This document shows, piece by piece, positions 53,538 to 64,000 of a stretch of 64,000 nt of DNA. The notes below the pieces were generated by a model. The model ran no database searches, was not told where the DNA came from, and saw nothing but the letters and a program-made list of their open reading frames with translations. Every line of letters starts with the position of its first letter. The stretch's first letter is position 1. Made by a program: the position numbers and the translations under genes. This DNA comes from Lingula anatina (lineage: Eukaryota > Animalia > Brachiopoda): positions 10,044,001 through 10,108,000 of the forward strand of contig CM120647.1 of the NCBI GenBank assembly GCA_051362555.1, in the 5' to 3' direction.

Positions 53538-53781
53538 AGACCATTCCCACAGATATTTAGATCGATCTATCTCCCTGGGTAGTCTTACTAGATTATTGTC
53601 AACTTGCTTAAATGTCTGTCACGCCTAGTAAAGCTGGTAGGGGGTAATTATCTTTACCCCCTTAGCTGATTCGGTAGGCTTGACAGACATTTAAGCCGGT
53701 TAGTTGACAGCAATTTAGTGAGACTCCCCAGGGAGTTAGATCGATCCAAATGGATCGATCTAAGTATTGGTGGGCAGTCTT
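53538..53781. mobile_element. Diverged tagatcgatcta-family MITE
   Basis: Similar to 27147-27360; ends decayed. Confidence 0.6.
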
Positions 53782-54034
53782 GGAAACTTTCTACAAATTA
53801 TAACGTTACTATAATGTGTTTTGTTAGCTGGAGTTAAAAACACCCCTAACGTTACCATAATGTTGATTGCCAGGAACACGTATAAACCACTTCTATTAGA
53901 TTCTTACATGACTAAAATAAAGTCGACATGCCTAGGGATAAAATGAATAAACCACTCGATCAGCCACAAAAAAAAAAAAAAAAAAAAAAAAGATTTAGAC
54001 TGCTCCTTTCTTTAAATTTTTTATCAGAAATTTA

Positions 54035-54637
54035 GGCCACACTTTTTTATTTTTATGGATGACATCCTCTGGGGACCCCAAAATCGGTGCGAGCGGGCGA
54101 AAAAAAAAACTGCTTAAGAAAAGTTGTGTTTTCAGTACACAGCGGGAAACACTAATTTACCACAGAAACACGTATCAAACTAACAACATGTCTTTATCCA
54201 TGCTCTCAAAATATTAAAGCATTGTGAATAGGGCCTACTTCGTACAAAGGTAAAAAGTCATGAATATAGGGGCCTATATGCTGCATATTACCAAATCTAT
54301 TTAAGGTTATTTCATGCATTCTGTTGGTATAGCAATCGATAAAACAAATATCAAATAAACAGCGTGTCTTTATTTGTACTCTCAGAAAATTAAAGCATTG
54401 TAAACACTTCACAGAATTGTTAAAAAAATGAAGCAAAGATAGGCCTATGCTTCCTACTACCAAATCTAAAAAAGTAATTTCGGTCGATGCCATTTTGTCT
54501 ACTTCGACTCACACATAGCAGCCAACTATCGGGTGGCCTGTCCGACCTTCAGTCCACCAAATACCACGACGCTCTTGTCGACCCTTTTTTCGTTACAAAA
54601 AAATTCAATAATGACGTTTGCGACAACCGACTTCCTT

Positions 54638-54681
<44 letters not shown>

Positions 54682-54743
54682 GAGAACGGACGAAAATCGG
54701 TGCGCGCGCAGGATGTCATCCATAAAAATAAAAAAGTGTGGCC
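54035..54743. mobile_element. MITE with GGCCACAC termini and TTA TSD (Zator/Harbinger-like)
   Basis: tta|ggccacacttttttatttttatggatgacatcct...aggatgtcatccataaaaataaaaaagtgtggcc|tta. Confidence 0.85.
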
Positions 54744-55045
54744 TTAACCTACTTTTCTGACCCATGTATATACAGGATAGTAAGCTAGCAGAAAAATCCA
54801 TTCAAATATCATTTTTCGGGTAATATGAAACAATGTCTTTTGGTTATTCTCTACATTATACTGTTTGAAACTATATGCTGCATTTGGTTGGTTTTTTGGC
54901 CAAAAATTACTTTGTGTGCATCTTTAATAGGCCCATTTTAAATAAGCATACGTTACTGCAAGGAAGGACACAAAGCGTTGGAGTAGGCTGCTCTACGCCT
55001 TCAACAGCTGTACACGTTTACAAGGGGAACTGTTAAACCAAATCG

Positions 55046-55256
55046 GATGGCGGACCTACATTAAAAGAAGACCGCTTAGTCCTGTAATGGTCCCTCCACC
55101 TCTCACACGCCTCCCCACGCGTTGTCCCTCGACCGATTTAATTGAGCCGAGATTTAATTGCTGTGCCCCTGCAGGGAAGGCGTGTGGGGAGGCGTGTGAG
55201 AGGTGGAAAGACCCTTACAGGATTAAGCGGTCTTCCTTTCATGTGGGTCCGCCATA
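55046..55256. mobile_element. Palindromic MITE-like hairpin; half copy at about 41993-42105
   Basis: atggcggacc..cacacgcctccccac / gtggggaggcgtgtg..ggtccgccat. Confidence 0.7.
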
Positions 55257-56554
55257 TTTAAGTCGCGGCCGTGCCAGCACTCAGCTCTTCTCAATCTGAA
55301 TGGTCCCCTATTGCAAAGCCATATGTTAAGCAGTTCCACGCGCTTAGCAGGGGAAGTGCTTAGCCAATGTGCTTAGCTTTGTGACAAACTATTATAGAGC
55401 CATATACCGATGAAGCTAGACACATAGCTAAACGTGTGACGCTGTCAAACGTATCTAGCATTTTCTTCTGTGACAAGCCTGAAAAACTATACGTGTTTAG
55501 CTTTTACACATATTTCTAAATGCGTTCAAGTGCTAAACGTGTGTTGTATGTATTTATATCTAAACACTGTATTTAAAGTGTATAAAGCAGGTTTTTAATG
55601 AATGAAAACAAATACTACATTTTCGTTTTAAAGAAAGTTATAGAATCAGTTCTAAACCATCGAGTTTGTTTCAACAATGGTCTCTAGCTCTGTTGCGCAC
55701 AAAGGTTTGTGGGTAATATGAGGGTCCAACTTGCCCCGAGTCAAGGGGACCAACCAGCCCCGGGTGCACATTTTTTTTTATATTAAAGGATGACAGCCAT
55801 TTATGTTGAGCAAAGATTATACATCTCTGTAAAACTTGAAACAATGAGCTTCAGTTTGATGCCCTATACATACATGTTTATTATATTCGATCAAAAGCCT
55901 ATGAAAATAGATTTTGACATCTCAAACAAAATTACTTGAAGTGCAAAAGTCTTTTATTTTGACTCACCGCTTAAGTAAGACGTCCGACATTTCCTTAGCA
56001 TTGTAGGCTACGGTCACTTTACAAGAGTATGTGGCCAATTTTTTTACCACGTAGTTCCTTTTCCATAAATTGACGGGGGGAGGAGGGACTTCCCCCGGGG
56101 TCAAACTAGCCCCGGTCTCCCCTACACTCGTGATCTACTCTGCCAATTTTCGTGATAAAATCTTGTTAAGGGATGAAGTTACTCCCATACCGATTCGAGT
56201 TGCCTATGCTTTTACATTGCAACGAGGAACATAAACGCCGGTTTTCATATTTTCGAGTGTGTTTTTTATTCTTTTACATCAGTACAAAGATAGGTGCATT
56301 GTTGAATGATGGCATGCAAGAAAAAACTTATTTTCGGTATATGGATGGTAATAAAGGGTTAAAATATCCTTAATTTGCTAGCTTTCTCTTTCATGACGGC
56401 TAATATTACAAAATCTCTTAAATGAAATTTTAATGACATTTTAAAATATCTACATTCTGGAAAAATATCCATACGACAGAGTTAACCTCTAGCACATGCC
56501 GAATGAAGAGCTGAGATAATTATATCTGAATTTTTTCTTCAGAGCTGAGAAGAA

Positions 56555-58555
56555 ATGGACCACAGCCACGACTACACAGATCTTGACTGTAGTGCGTCAT
56601 CTAATAGCAGTGAGGTTATACATTGTCACAATTTTCCCTGTTTCAAGAAAGCGGATGTTGCCTGTGTGGATTGTTGTTACAGTCCAATAATAGCAAATTT
56701 CTGCCGGAAATGTAGTGAACATCACCACCCTGATAAACTGTCGGAGATTCACCATAGGATACCACTGAGCTCGCAGGGTGAATGTAACCTTTCGCAGTTT
56801 TCTAACAGGAGATATGTGTGTGAGAATATATACAGAAGAGAAAGTTGCGAGGGAGAAGCAGCGACTGCATGTTTAGACTGCATCCAATTTCATTTAATAT
56901 TGAGATGTTCCGCATGTGACATATCTAAGCACACGGGCATAGAGGCAAACCACCGGAGAATACGACTCCACCCTGTCAGCAGTGATAGTGAATTAGGCGA
57001 CTCTAGTTCTCATACAATAAGGATTGAGGAGGATGGTGGGGAGAGCTACGGCAAATGTCTGTGTTGCCCCGATGAAGCAGTTGAAGCGTGCAATGACTGT
57101 GATATTGTTGGTTGCCCCGCCCTGTGTTCCCGTTGCGATAATAAAATACACAACAAAAAGCTAATCTCATCTCACACCAGGATACCCGTAGAACAATTGC
57201 TACAACTGAAACAAGGACAGATGGATAGAAATATAGAAATTCCGACGTTTGATGTTCCCAATGAAAAATTTTATGTGTGTCAAAATCGAAATAAAGATTG
57301 TGAAGGAAAAGCATCATATGTTGTCTTCGAAAAAGACTGGAGTGTAGCCAGTTTGCTTTGTGATTACTGTTACAAACAGGAAATGAAAGACCCGAAACAC
57401 TACTGTAGTCCATACACAGTCGGAATGCTACACTACGAGGATATTTCCATGACTAATCAGGACAATGATAACTCCGTCGCAAGTGAAGATCAGAATTCAA
57501 CGACTGGACATGATACTGACAATGTCGATAGGGAATACGCCGATGCAGCTACACAAGCTTCACAGCAAGAAAGAAGCAGTGACCACGATAGTGACAACAG
57601 TGTTGATGCAACGCCAGAGAATGCACCGATGCAACAAGTTTCTCCACAATATGAGAGGCATGAAGTGCCAGAAGTGCAAAGGTCTCACAATGCCAGTGGC
57701 CACGATAGTGACAACAGTGTTGATGCAACGCCAGAGAATGCACCGATGCAACAAGTTTCTCCACAATATGAGAGGCATGAAGTGCCAGGAGAAGAGCAAA
57801 GGACTCGCAATGCCAGTGGCCACGATAGTGACAACAGTGTTGATGCAACGCCAGAGAATGCACCTATGCAACAAGTTTCTCCACAATATGAGAGGCATGA
57901 AGTGCCAGGAGAAGAGCAAAGGGCTAACAATGCCAGTGGCCACGATAGTGACAACAGTGTTGATGCAACGCCAGAGAATGCACCGATGCAACAAGTTTCT
58001 CCACAAACTTCTCGTGATGAAGAGTATTCTGACCACGCATTCTATAAATGCGACAGGTGTGAGAAGCCGGCGGAGTCATTGTGCATGGATTGTGAAAGAA
58101 ATCTCAACAGATTTTGTAAAAGGTGCTTAAGCACAAAGCATAAAACCCCAGGACTGAAAAGGCATTTATTGCTCAAAATACCAAATGCTAAAACTAGGGC
58201 TAAACCAGTCACTTTACGAAACCTTAGCTTAGTGCACGAGCGTTATCAAAAGGTGTTTGAATACACCAAAAAAGAAAAGCCAAGCACTCTCGCCGAAGCC
58301 CTGAAAGCAACAGGTGTAAAACGACAAACTCTCATAGATAGACACGGTATTGCGGAACTGTTTTTAGTTGACAGGAAAAAATTCGACGAATTGGAAAGGA
58401 AAGCCAAAGAATCCTTCTTCGGCTCAAAATTTACAGTTAGGGATTTTGAACTGAATTGTCGCGAAGAACTTCAAAAAAGGAGGGAAAAAGTTATAAAAAT
58501 GAAAACAGAAGGGAAACTTCTACCTCACGATATTGAATTATACAAAACGCAGTGA
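56555..58555 (+). CDS. 666-aa protein: multiple B-box-like zinc fingers, 40-aa acidic tandem repeats and a C-terminal CCDC106-like (HTH-like) domain
   Basis: Uninterrupted 2-kb ORF preceded by a splice acceptor (ttttttcttcag, 56531-56542). It has four C..C....A...CxxC....CxxC...H.......H motifs plus one degenerate one. The C-terminus ERYQKV..TLAEALKATGVKRQTL..GIAELFLV..C..KVIKMK..KLLP matches the CCDC106 pattern as I recall it. A diverged paralog in the same window supports real coding status. Confidence 0.9.
   Translation: MDHSHDYTDLDCSASSNSSEVIHCHNFPCFKKADVACVDCCYSPIIANFCRKCSEHHHPDKLSEIHHRIPLSSQGECNLSQFSNRRYVCENIYRRESCEGEAATACLDCIQFHLILRCSACDISKHTGIEANHRRIRLHPVSSDSELGDSSSHTIRIEEDGGESYGKCLCCPDEAVEACNDCDIVGCPALCSRCDNKIHNKKLISSHTRIPVEQLLQLKQGQMDRNIEIPTFDVPNEKFYVCQNRNKDCEGKASYVVFEKDWSVASLLCDYCYKQEMKDPKHYCSPYTVGMLHYEDISMTNQDNDNSVASEDQNSTTGHDTDNVDREYADAATQASQQERSSDHDSDNSVDATPENAPMQQVSPQYERHEVPEVQRSHNASGHDSDNSVDATPENAPMQQVSPQYERHEVPGEEQRTRNASGHDSDNSVDATPENAPMQQVSPQYERHEVPGEEQRANNASGHDSDNSVDATPENAPMQQVSPQTSRDEEYSDHAFYKCDRCEKPAESLCMDCERNLNRFCKRCLSTKHKTPGLKRHLLLKIPNAKTRAKPVTLRNLSLVHERYQKVFEYTKKEKPSTLAEALKATGVKRQTLIDRHGIAELFLVDRKKFDELERKAKESFFGSKFTVRDFELNCREELQKRREKVIKMKTEGKLLPHDIELYKTQ
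57581..58006 (+). repeat. Coding tandem repeat, 120-bp unit x ~3.5 (first unit 117 bp)
   Basis: cacgatagtgacaacagtgttgatgcaacgccagag starts at 57584, 57701, 57821 and 57941. Confidence 0.95.
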
Positions 58556-59584
58556 ACCGACGCCTGACATGAAAATTTGTTAACTGCATTTGTATATAAA
58601 CGTGATATTGTATTAGGGTTAAGCATATGTAATATATTCATTGAAAAGTGAAACTTCTTTATCACTTTATTTCGTTTTTACGGTGATTGTACGTTTTACA
58701 ACTATGGTGAGATCACAAACGGGTCTAACACATCAAGTCTTTGTAGGTCAACCAGACCTGCCTTAAACTCCCTTGCAGATAAAAGATGCTGCTGTTTTGT
58801 TGAATGCACCCGTTGCTGAGATAAAAAAGCTGATTTTAAATATAAAATTAACAGACTGCCATCCAGCATTTCAGAACTCACTTGTTGTAATTTAACTGCT
58901 GTTCAGGTGAGATGTATTTACTTAACTGAGAATTGATAAACTCACCATCCATCCCCTATGATTTCAATGACCCCGTTTCTTTGAATTTCGCTGTCTAATG
59001 TCTGTTTATAATGGGGAAGGTATTAAATAATTAAAATGTGGGTACTCTAAATTTATTTTGCAATAAATAACTTTATATTCAAGGTCTATCTACGCTGATT
59101 GTGAGCCATTACAGAATGTATCGTTAAGTTAATATCTTAAATGTATATCTTTCATTATTTGCTTTTCATGATTAGAGAATAAAAAAGTATATGATAGGGA
59201 GTTATTGACCACAAGTTTAATTTTCTTGAGAAGCAACAAGAGTAGCAACTGTTTTAAAGTTGGCAAAAGAGGGCACGTTACAGATAAAACAGTTTGGTTT
59301 GATGAGCTCATTACACGACGTAATTCTACCACGAGCTAATCACCCAAAAGACAATAGAACAAAAACAAATAATGTGTGATCAGTACGGAAAATTGAATAT
59401 AATTCCTTGTGAGTTTGTATGAAAAATAAGTCGTTGAATAAACGGTGATCTTTAGTGTTGATCTTCACGAAGCTTGGCCTTTTGCTCTTCATAATATCGC
59501 AGTCCTCTGTTAGCTTAATTCATCGCAGTAATGTAGTTTTTCCAGCATTCTGCAGGTCTGGTTGCGTCCAATGCCTTCATCTAA

Positions 59585-61270
59585 TGCCTTATCATAAATT
59601 AACTTCGTGACATGAAGTAATTAATAAAATACTCCTGTTGAAAAGGGCCTTTTCGTAACTTATACAGGTGCACTGTCAGGCAGGTAAATTGTTAAAAAAA
59701 AAACATTGTCGCCGTTCGTCGCCCCTACCTTCAGGAAGCTTATCTTCCGCTTGGATCACCGGCATTTTTTGTTATCTGACAAATTAGGGTAGATGTCAAT
59801 TAACGTTTTAGCTATTAATTCTAAATTCAAAAATATTTCGGACTAAACTCCATGTCAGATTCATAGCCATGACGCAATGCCACCAGAGTAACAGTTTAAA
59901 TTTCTAAACATTCTATTTCGTTTTTAGCCTGTTTTTTATTATCAGTTGAAAACTTTTCCATGTTCAACTACGTAAACATGTTTGTACACTATTCTAGACT
60001 ATTTCATTTAGCCAACTACACATACAAAAAGCACTAACTGCCCCCCCCCCCCATAAACAAACACACCCCTTCCTGCTTACATTTTGCCGTTTTTGCGTCA
60101 CTCGTTATTGCACAGATCTAAGGCACGTATGATACCATTCATTGTATGATAATCTATGCTAGCCTTTACATTTTACAGACTAAATTCCTCAGACATTACA
60201 ACATTACCGGTCTCCTCGAAAATCTCCCGTCTAGGGACATATCTCCTTATTCCCCGATTCAGAATAAAAATCCCCTGATTTATCAGACTTGAACGCGTGG
60301 CGATAAAATGTTTCGCTAGATCTTGTTTACACTCAGCGAAATACGCCTTGTGATTATATCCAATGTGCCATCACTTATTAATTGCTTTCTCGGTTTCATT
60401 AATTGACGATAATACTTGCAGTAAGGAAGAAGAAGGAAATGCTGAAGACAAAACAACGCCGGGGGTATGTGTGACTTTCTCCCTTAACATTTTCTATGAT
60501 GCTGTCAAAGAAAAAGGAACCGAGATAGCGATCATTTAAACCGCTTCTGCTTTACAGGTGAACTTCCTCGTTTATCATTTAGATGCCCCCTCCCTCCAGA
60601 CCCAACTTGAGGAATGCCATAGTAGCTACAGTACAGTACACTGTATATCAAACCTAGGTCCAAGTTATGAAATGTTTAAGCACAAAACGATAATTTGAGG
60701 GCATTTTTTCATTCAAGACAAAATTCAATAACTATGACGTGTGACAATAATGACTTTACAAAGCTTTACTAGTACTTAGATATATTCCAGTAACCTATGG
60801 AGATAGGCTAGCGACGTACATGTAATTGTAACCTCATCAGGCAGTGTCCCCAATGAAAGCAAGTACCACAATAAACACTAAAGGCGGAGTACAAAAATGA
60901 CCTTTCTTAAATATCGATTACAACATGCTGTACAATGACTGAGTCGTGAAAGGGATATTGGACTTTTTTGCTCTAAAAACAAATTCATATCGAAATCAAA
61001 AGAGCTTTTTTGGAGGGGCGCGTGGGGGGCATAGTAAACGTCGGGTGATTCGTTAAAGCCGAGGAGTGTCTCACTATCAAATATGTAAATCATATGTCAT
61101 AAAAACACTACAATATACAGTAAGTACTACAGTAACTCATTCCGTAATCCTTTTTGCACATTTATTTAATCGTATCAAAACGTTTGATACACAATGTTCA
61201 GTAGTGTCATAATTTTGGCGATTTATTAAAACCATATTTGTACAAAGTAGGTTAGCACAAGAAGTTATAA
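59585..61270. repeat. Block A (inverted partner of 42245-44165)
   Basis: See 42245-44165. Confidence 0.9.
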
Positions 61271-61677
61271 GAGAAGGAGTAGAAACAAGGGGTTTCCTTT
61301 CATCCTATCCTCGTAACGGGCTTAGTAATCCTAATAATTACCCAGCTTGTGGTCGTAGGGAGAGCTTGTGCCGAATACATATTCAAAAGACCGTCCACAT
61401 GGGTTGCTTCCGCTATTTGGGATAAAGCCTAGCGAAGTCTCTAATAATCTCACAGAGAAAACATGTTGGGATTACAGAAAGGTGTAAAGAGAGAATTCAA
61501 GCCTGGATGCAACCATTTTGGGAAATAAAACTCAAATCATGTGAGATACACCTCCATTTGATCTAGAGTCGATCACTTATACAAAAATTAGTTTCACATC
61601 AAGAATGTATGAGAACAATTTCACAAACCCACCTTCAACGCTAAAATTTGCACCTGTAGAAGTCTCATTTTTATTTT

Positions 61678-62786
61678 AATTTTTTTTGTCGTGTAAAGGA
61701 AATTTACCTTCATCTAGGAATGACACATTCAATTCACAGCCGAGTACACAAAACAGTAGTACTGTACTTGCAGTTTCCGTATGCCAGCCTCGTTTCTTTC
61801 TTTTTTAGCACATTATTGCTTATATACCAGGTAGAGAAAAGCTTAACCAGGAAAATTGGGGAAATGAAAATAAGTTATTGCACTTAGTATGCTTCTAAAT
61901 AAAATTTTATAAATAAATATTTTTGTTTATATCTTTGTCTATTACATGAGGCCAACTAATAGTTGATTGATAGTTTAAATTTATTAGAAGAAAAAATGAA
62001 ATAAATATTTTTATCGATTGATATTGCTTTATTTTAACCATCGAGCAACTTGTATAACATCTAAAACAAAGTACCAGCAATGAAAATATGTCAATATTGT
62101 TACACCCAACAGTGATTAAAGCAATACAAAAATGGTTAGTTTTTATTTTGATGTGGTGATTATTTTATTTTACACTTTGGACAATTAGCCAATGAACACT
62201 AAATTTCCTTTTCAAACTTGGACCACTCTTCAATTCTAGCCAAAAATTAAAATTTACAAATTTACCTGCGGTCCAGTATCAGTTCATATTTGCATCTGAA
62301 TTGATTTAACTTCAATAAATAGCACTTTTGTCTACAAACCATGTCATCTGTGCAAAAACGTGCATATTAAACTAAAATCAATGTATTGTTTAACTGCATA
62401 TACCTTTCTTTTGATGGTTCAAACCTAAGATAATATGACATATTTAAGTACACTGATAACCAATAAATGTTATCATTAGCAACAGCCAGCACAGCTCAAG
62501 AATATTTTTATCCCTTAAAAGTTCGTCAAAAGTATTGATGGTGCTCATTGCCCCACAGCATTTTGAGATAAAAGGCACTCCTGTTATATAAATTGCAGAT
62601 CAAGGAATGGCAAAATGGTTCTTACTGGTCTCAGTCATGTTGAACAAGCATAGAAAAATAAGAGTTTGTAATAGTTATACATGAAAAAACTTTACACACA
62701 AACATTCCCTAAAATCTTAATAAATAATAAATCACAACTTCTGTTATATAGGGAAACTGGTAACTGTAGATTATGTATTAAGGTAC
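61678..62786. repeat. Block B (inverted partner of 20975-22075)
   Basis: See 20975-22075. Confidence 0.9.
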
Positions 62787-64000
62787 TTGATAGCTTGACT
62801 GAAATTATATCCAAAACCATCGATGGCTACCTCTTATGCACTATAGTTTAATGTTTGTGGTGGTAAGAAAACAGAGCCTTGTGCCTCATCAAGTTGCTGC
62901 TGGAAACAATCATTTTGACTCTTCAGTTGTGGCAACATCTGCCAGTTCACCTAAAGATCTTTCAACCTGAAATGAGTAAGTGCGGAATTCATTATAAAAT
63001 ATAACTCTATATCCTAAACGAAACTCTGCAAACATCATATTGCAATAAAAAAAATTTTAAAAATTCCGAGAGAGTTCCCTGTCATCATATTTTGGACCGG
63101 CCATTTTGAAAAAGTCTGATGAAAAGTTGTTTATTTGAAACGATGTTTTTCATCTAAAGGATTGATTCATTTAATATCACAGTGCTATATTGTAATGGTG
63201 CACGTACTTGCTTCACTAACTAGAAAAACATAAATTATATGCATACACCACGTTAAAATTACCAAAAAATGTCATGTCTCGCTTCCGGAAAACAAGAAGA
63301 TAACCCTCTTTGTTGTTTGATACAGCTATCTTTATTTCCAACAAAGGAATGTGGTAAAAAACTGAAATAAAATAAAGAAAACCTATGTCAAAATGCTGAC
63401 GATGATATTTCCATTACTTATTGTGGCACTTACAGGCCACCGTACCTTACAAAACGAGCGTGAAACGTGCAGCATTCTTGCAATGACAAGTTTAAATGTA
63501 AATACATAATAAAAGCAGTTTATAGATACTAAAAATGTTCTTAACACAACCACAATTATCAAAACTATATAAAATGTGGAAAACTCACGGTGTGCGTGGC
63601 CTATCTTTAGAAAAAACTCTGTACAGTCTATTCACGAGCGGCTGCTGATGAGCGAGCATGGAGCCTCGACATGAAAAACTAGGTCAAATACGGAGGCCCG
63701 TAACAACACACTCCTCGCATGATATCTGATTGATATCACTATTTAACTAATACAATAAAAGTCAACTATAAAATAGAATGCACAACATATACTAAGTTTA
63801 GACCTAACTTAGCCACTAAATATGTAGTGTTTTGCTATTAAATCCCTCCTACATGTTCGCAACTTTACCAACTGTCAATCAAAAGAATAAGTTCACATAT
63901 TGGTCTGACATATTTCACAGATTTTCCATCTTTCACTGTTCTGACCTCCACAGTTCTGACTTTACTGTCACATCCACTGGGAAAAACATTTTCTACTACT

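Larger units (their letters stand above)
52272..56122. mobile_element. TA-flanked TIR element (GGGGAGACCGGGGCTAGTT), pogo/Tc1-mariner-like, non-autonomous, with nested MITEs
   Basis: ta|ggggagaccggggctagtt...aactagccccggtctcccc|ta; subterminal ggggcaagttgg / ccaacttgcccc motifs. Confidence 0.8.

Noticed and set aside
57465-58130. Overlapping alternative-frame and antisense ORFs
   Set aside because: Expected when a stop-free 120-bp unit is repeated; no independent motifs.
62787-62967. Minus-strand exon-like segment (ttcag|...|gtac)
   Set aside because: The best frame has two stops and no recognisable domain; it could belong to the block-B transcript but is unsupported.

Overview
AT-rich, intron-containing eukaryotic DNA. 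The repeat content suggests an invertebrate, possibly a lophotrochozoan (inference). Two intact protein-coding genes are supported. (1) A 10-coding-exon organic anion transporting polypeptide gene (SLCO/OATP, 3297-8893, +, 653 aa by my exon assembly). It has a GC-AG intron, a splice-donor-derived minisatellite, and apparent loss of the conserved TM11 arginine. (2) A single-coding-exon 666-aa protein (56555-58555, +) with four B-box-like zinc fingers plus one degenerate one, a 40-aa tandem repeat, and a C-terminal CCDC106-like domain with an HTH-like motif. A decayed paralog of gene 2 lies on the minus strand (about 12090-19035). It is split by two DNA transposons (Academ-like and Kolobok-like) inserted 36 bp apart inside the HTH-like motif. 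The rest is nested mobile DNA: Tc1/mariner copies and MITEs, Harbinger/Zator-type MITEs, a MULE/foldback-like element, a pogo-like element, a Helentron-like element and a LINE fragment. Two long inverted duplications, together with the paralog, suggest an old inverted tandem array. All family assignments come from motif recognition by eye, not database searches.
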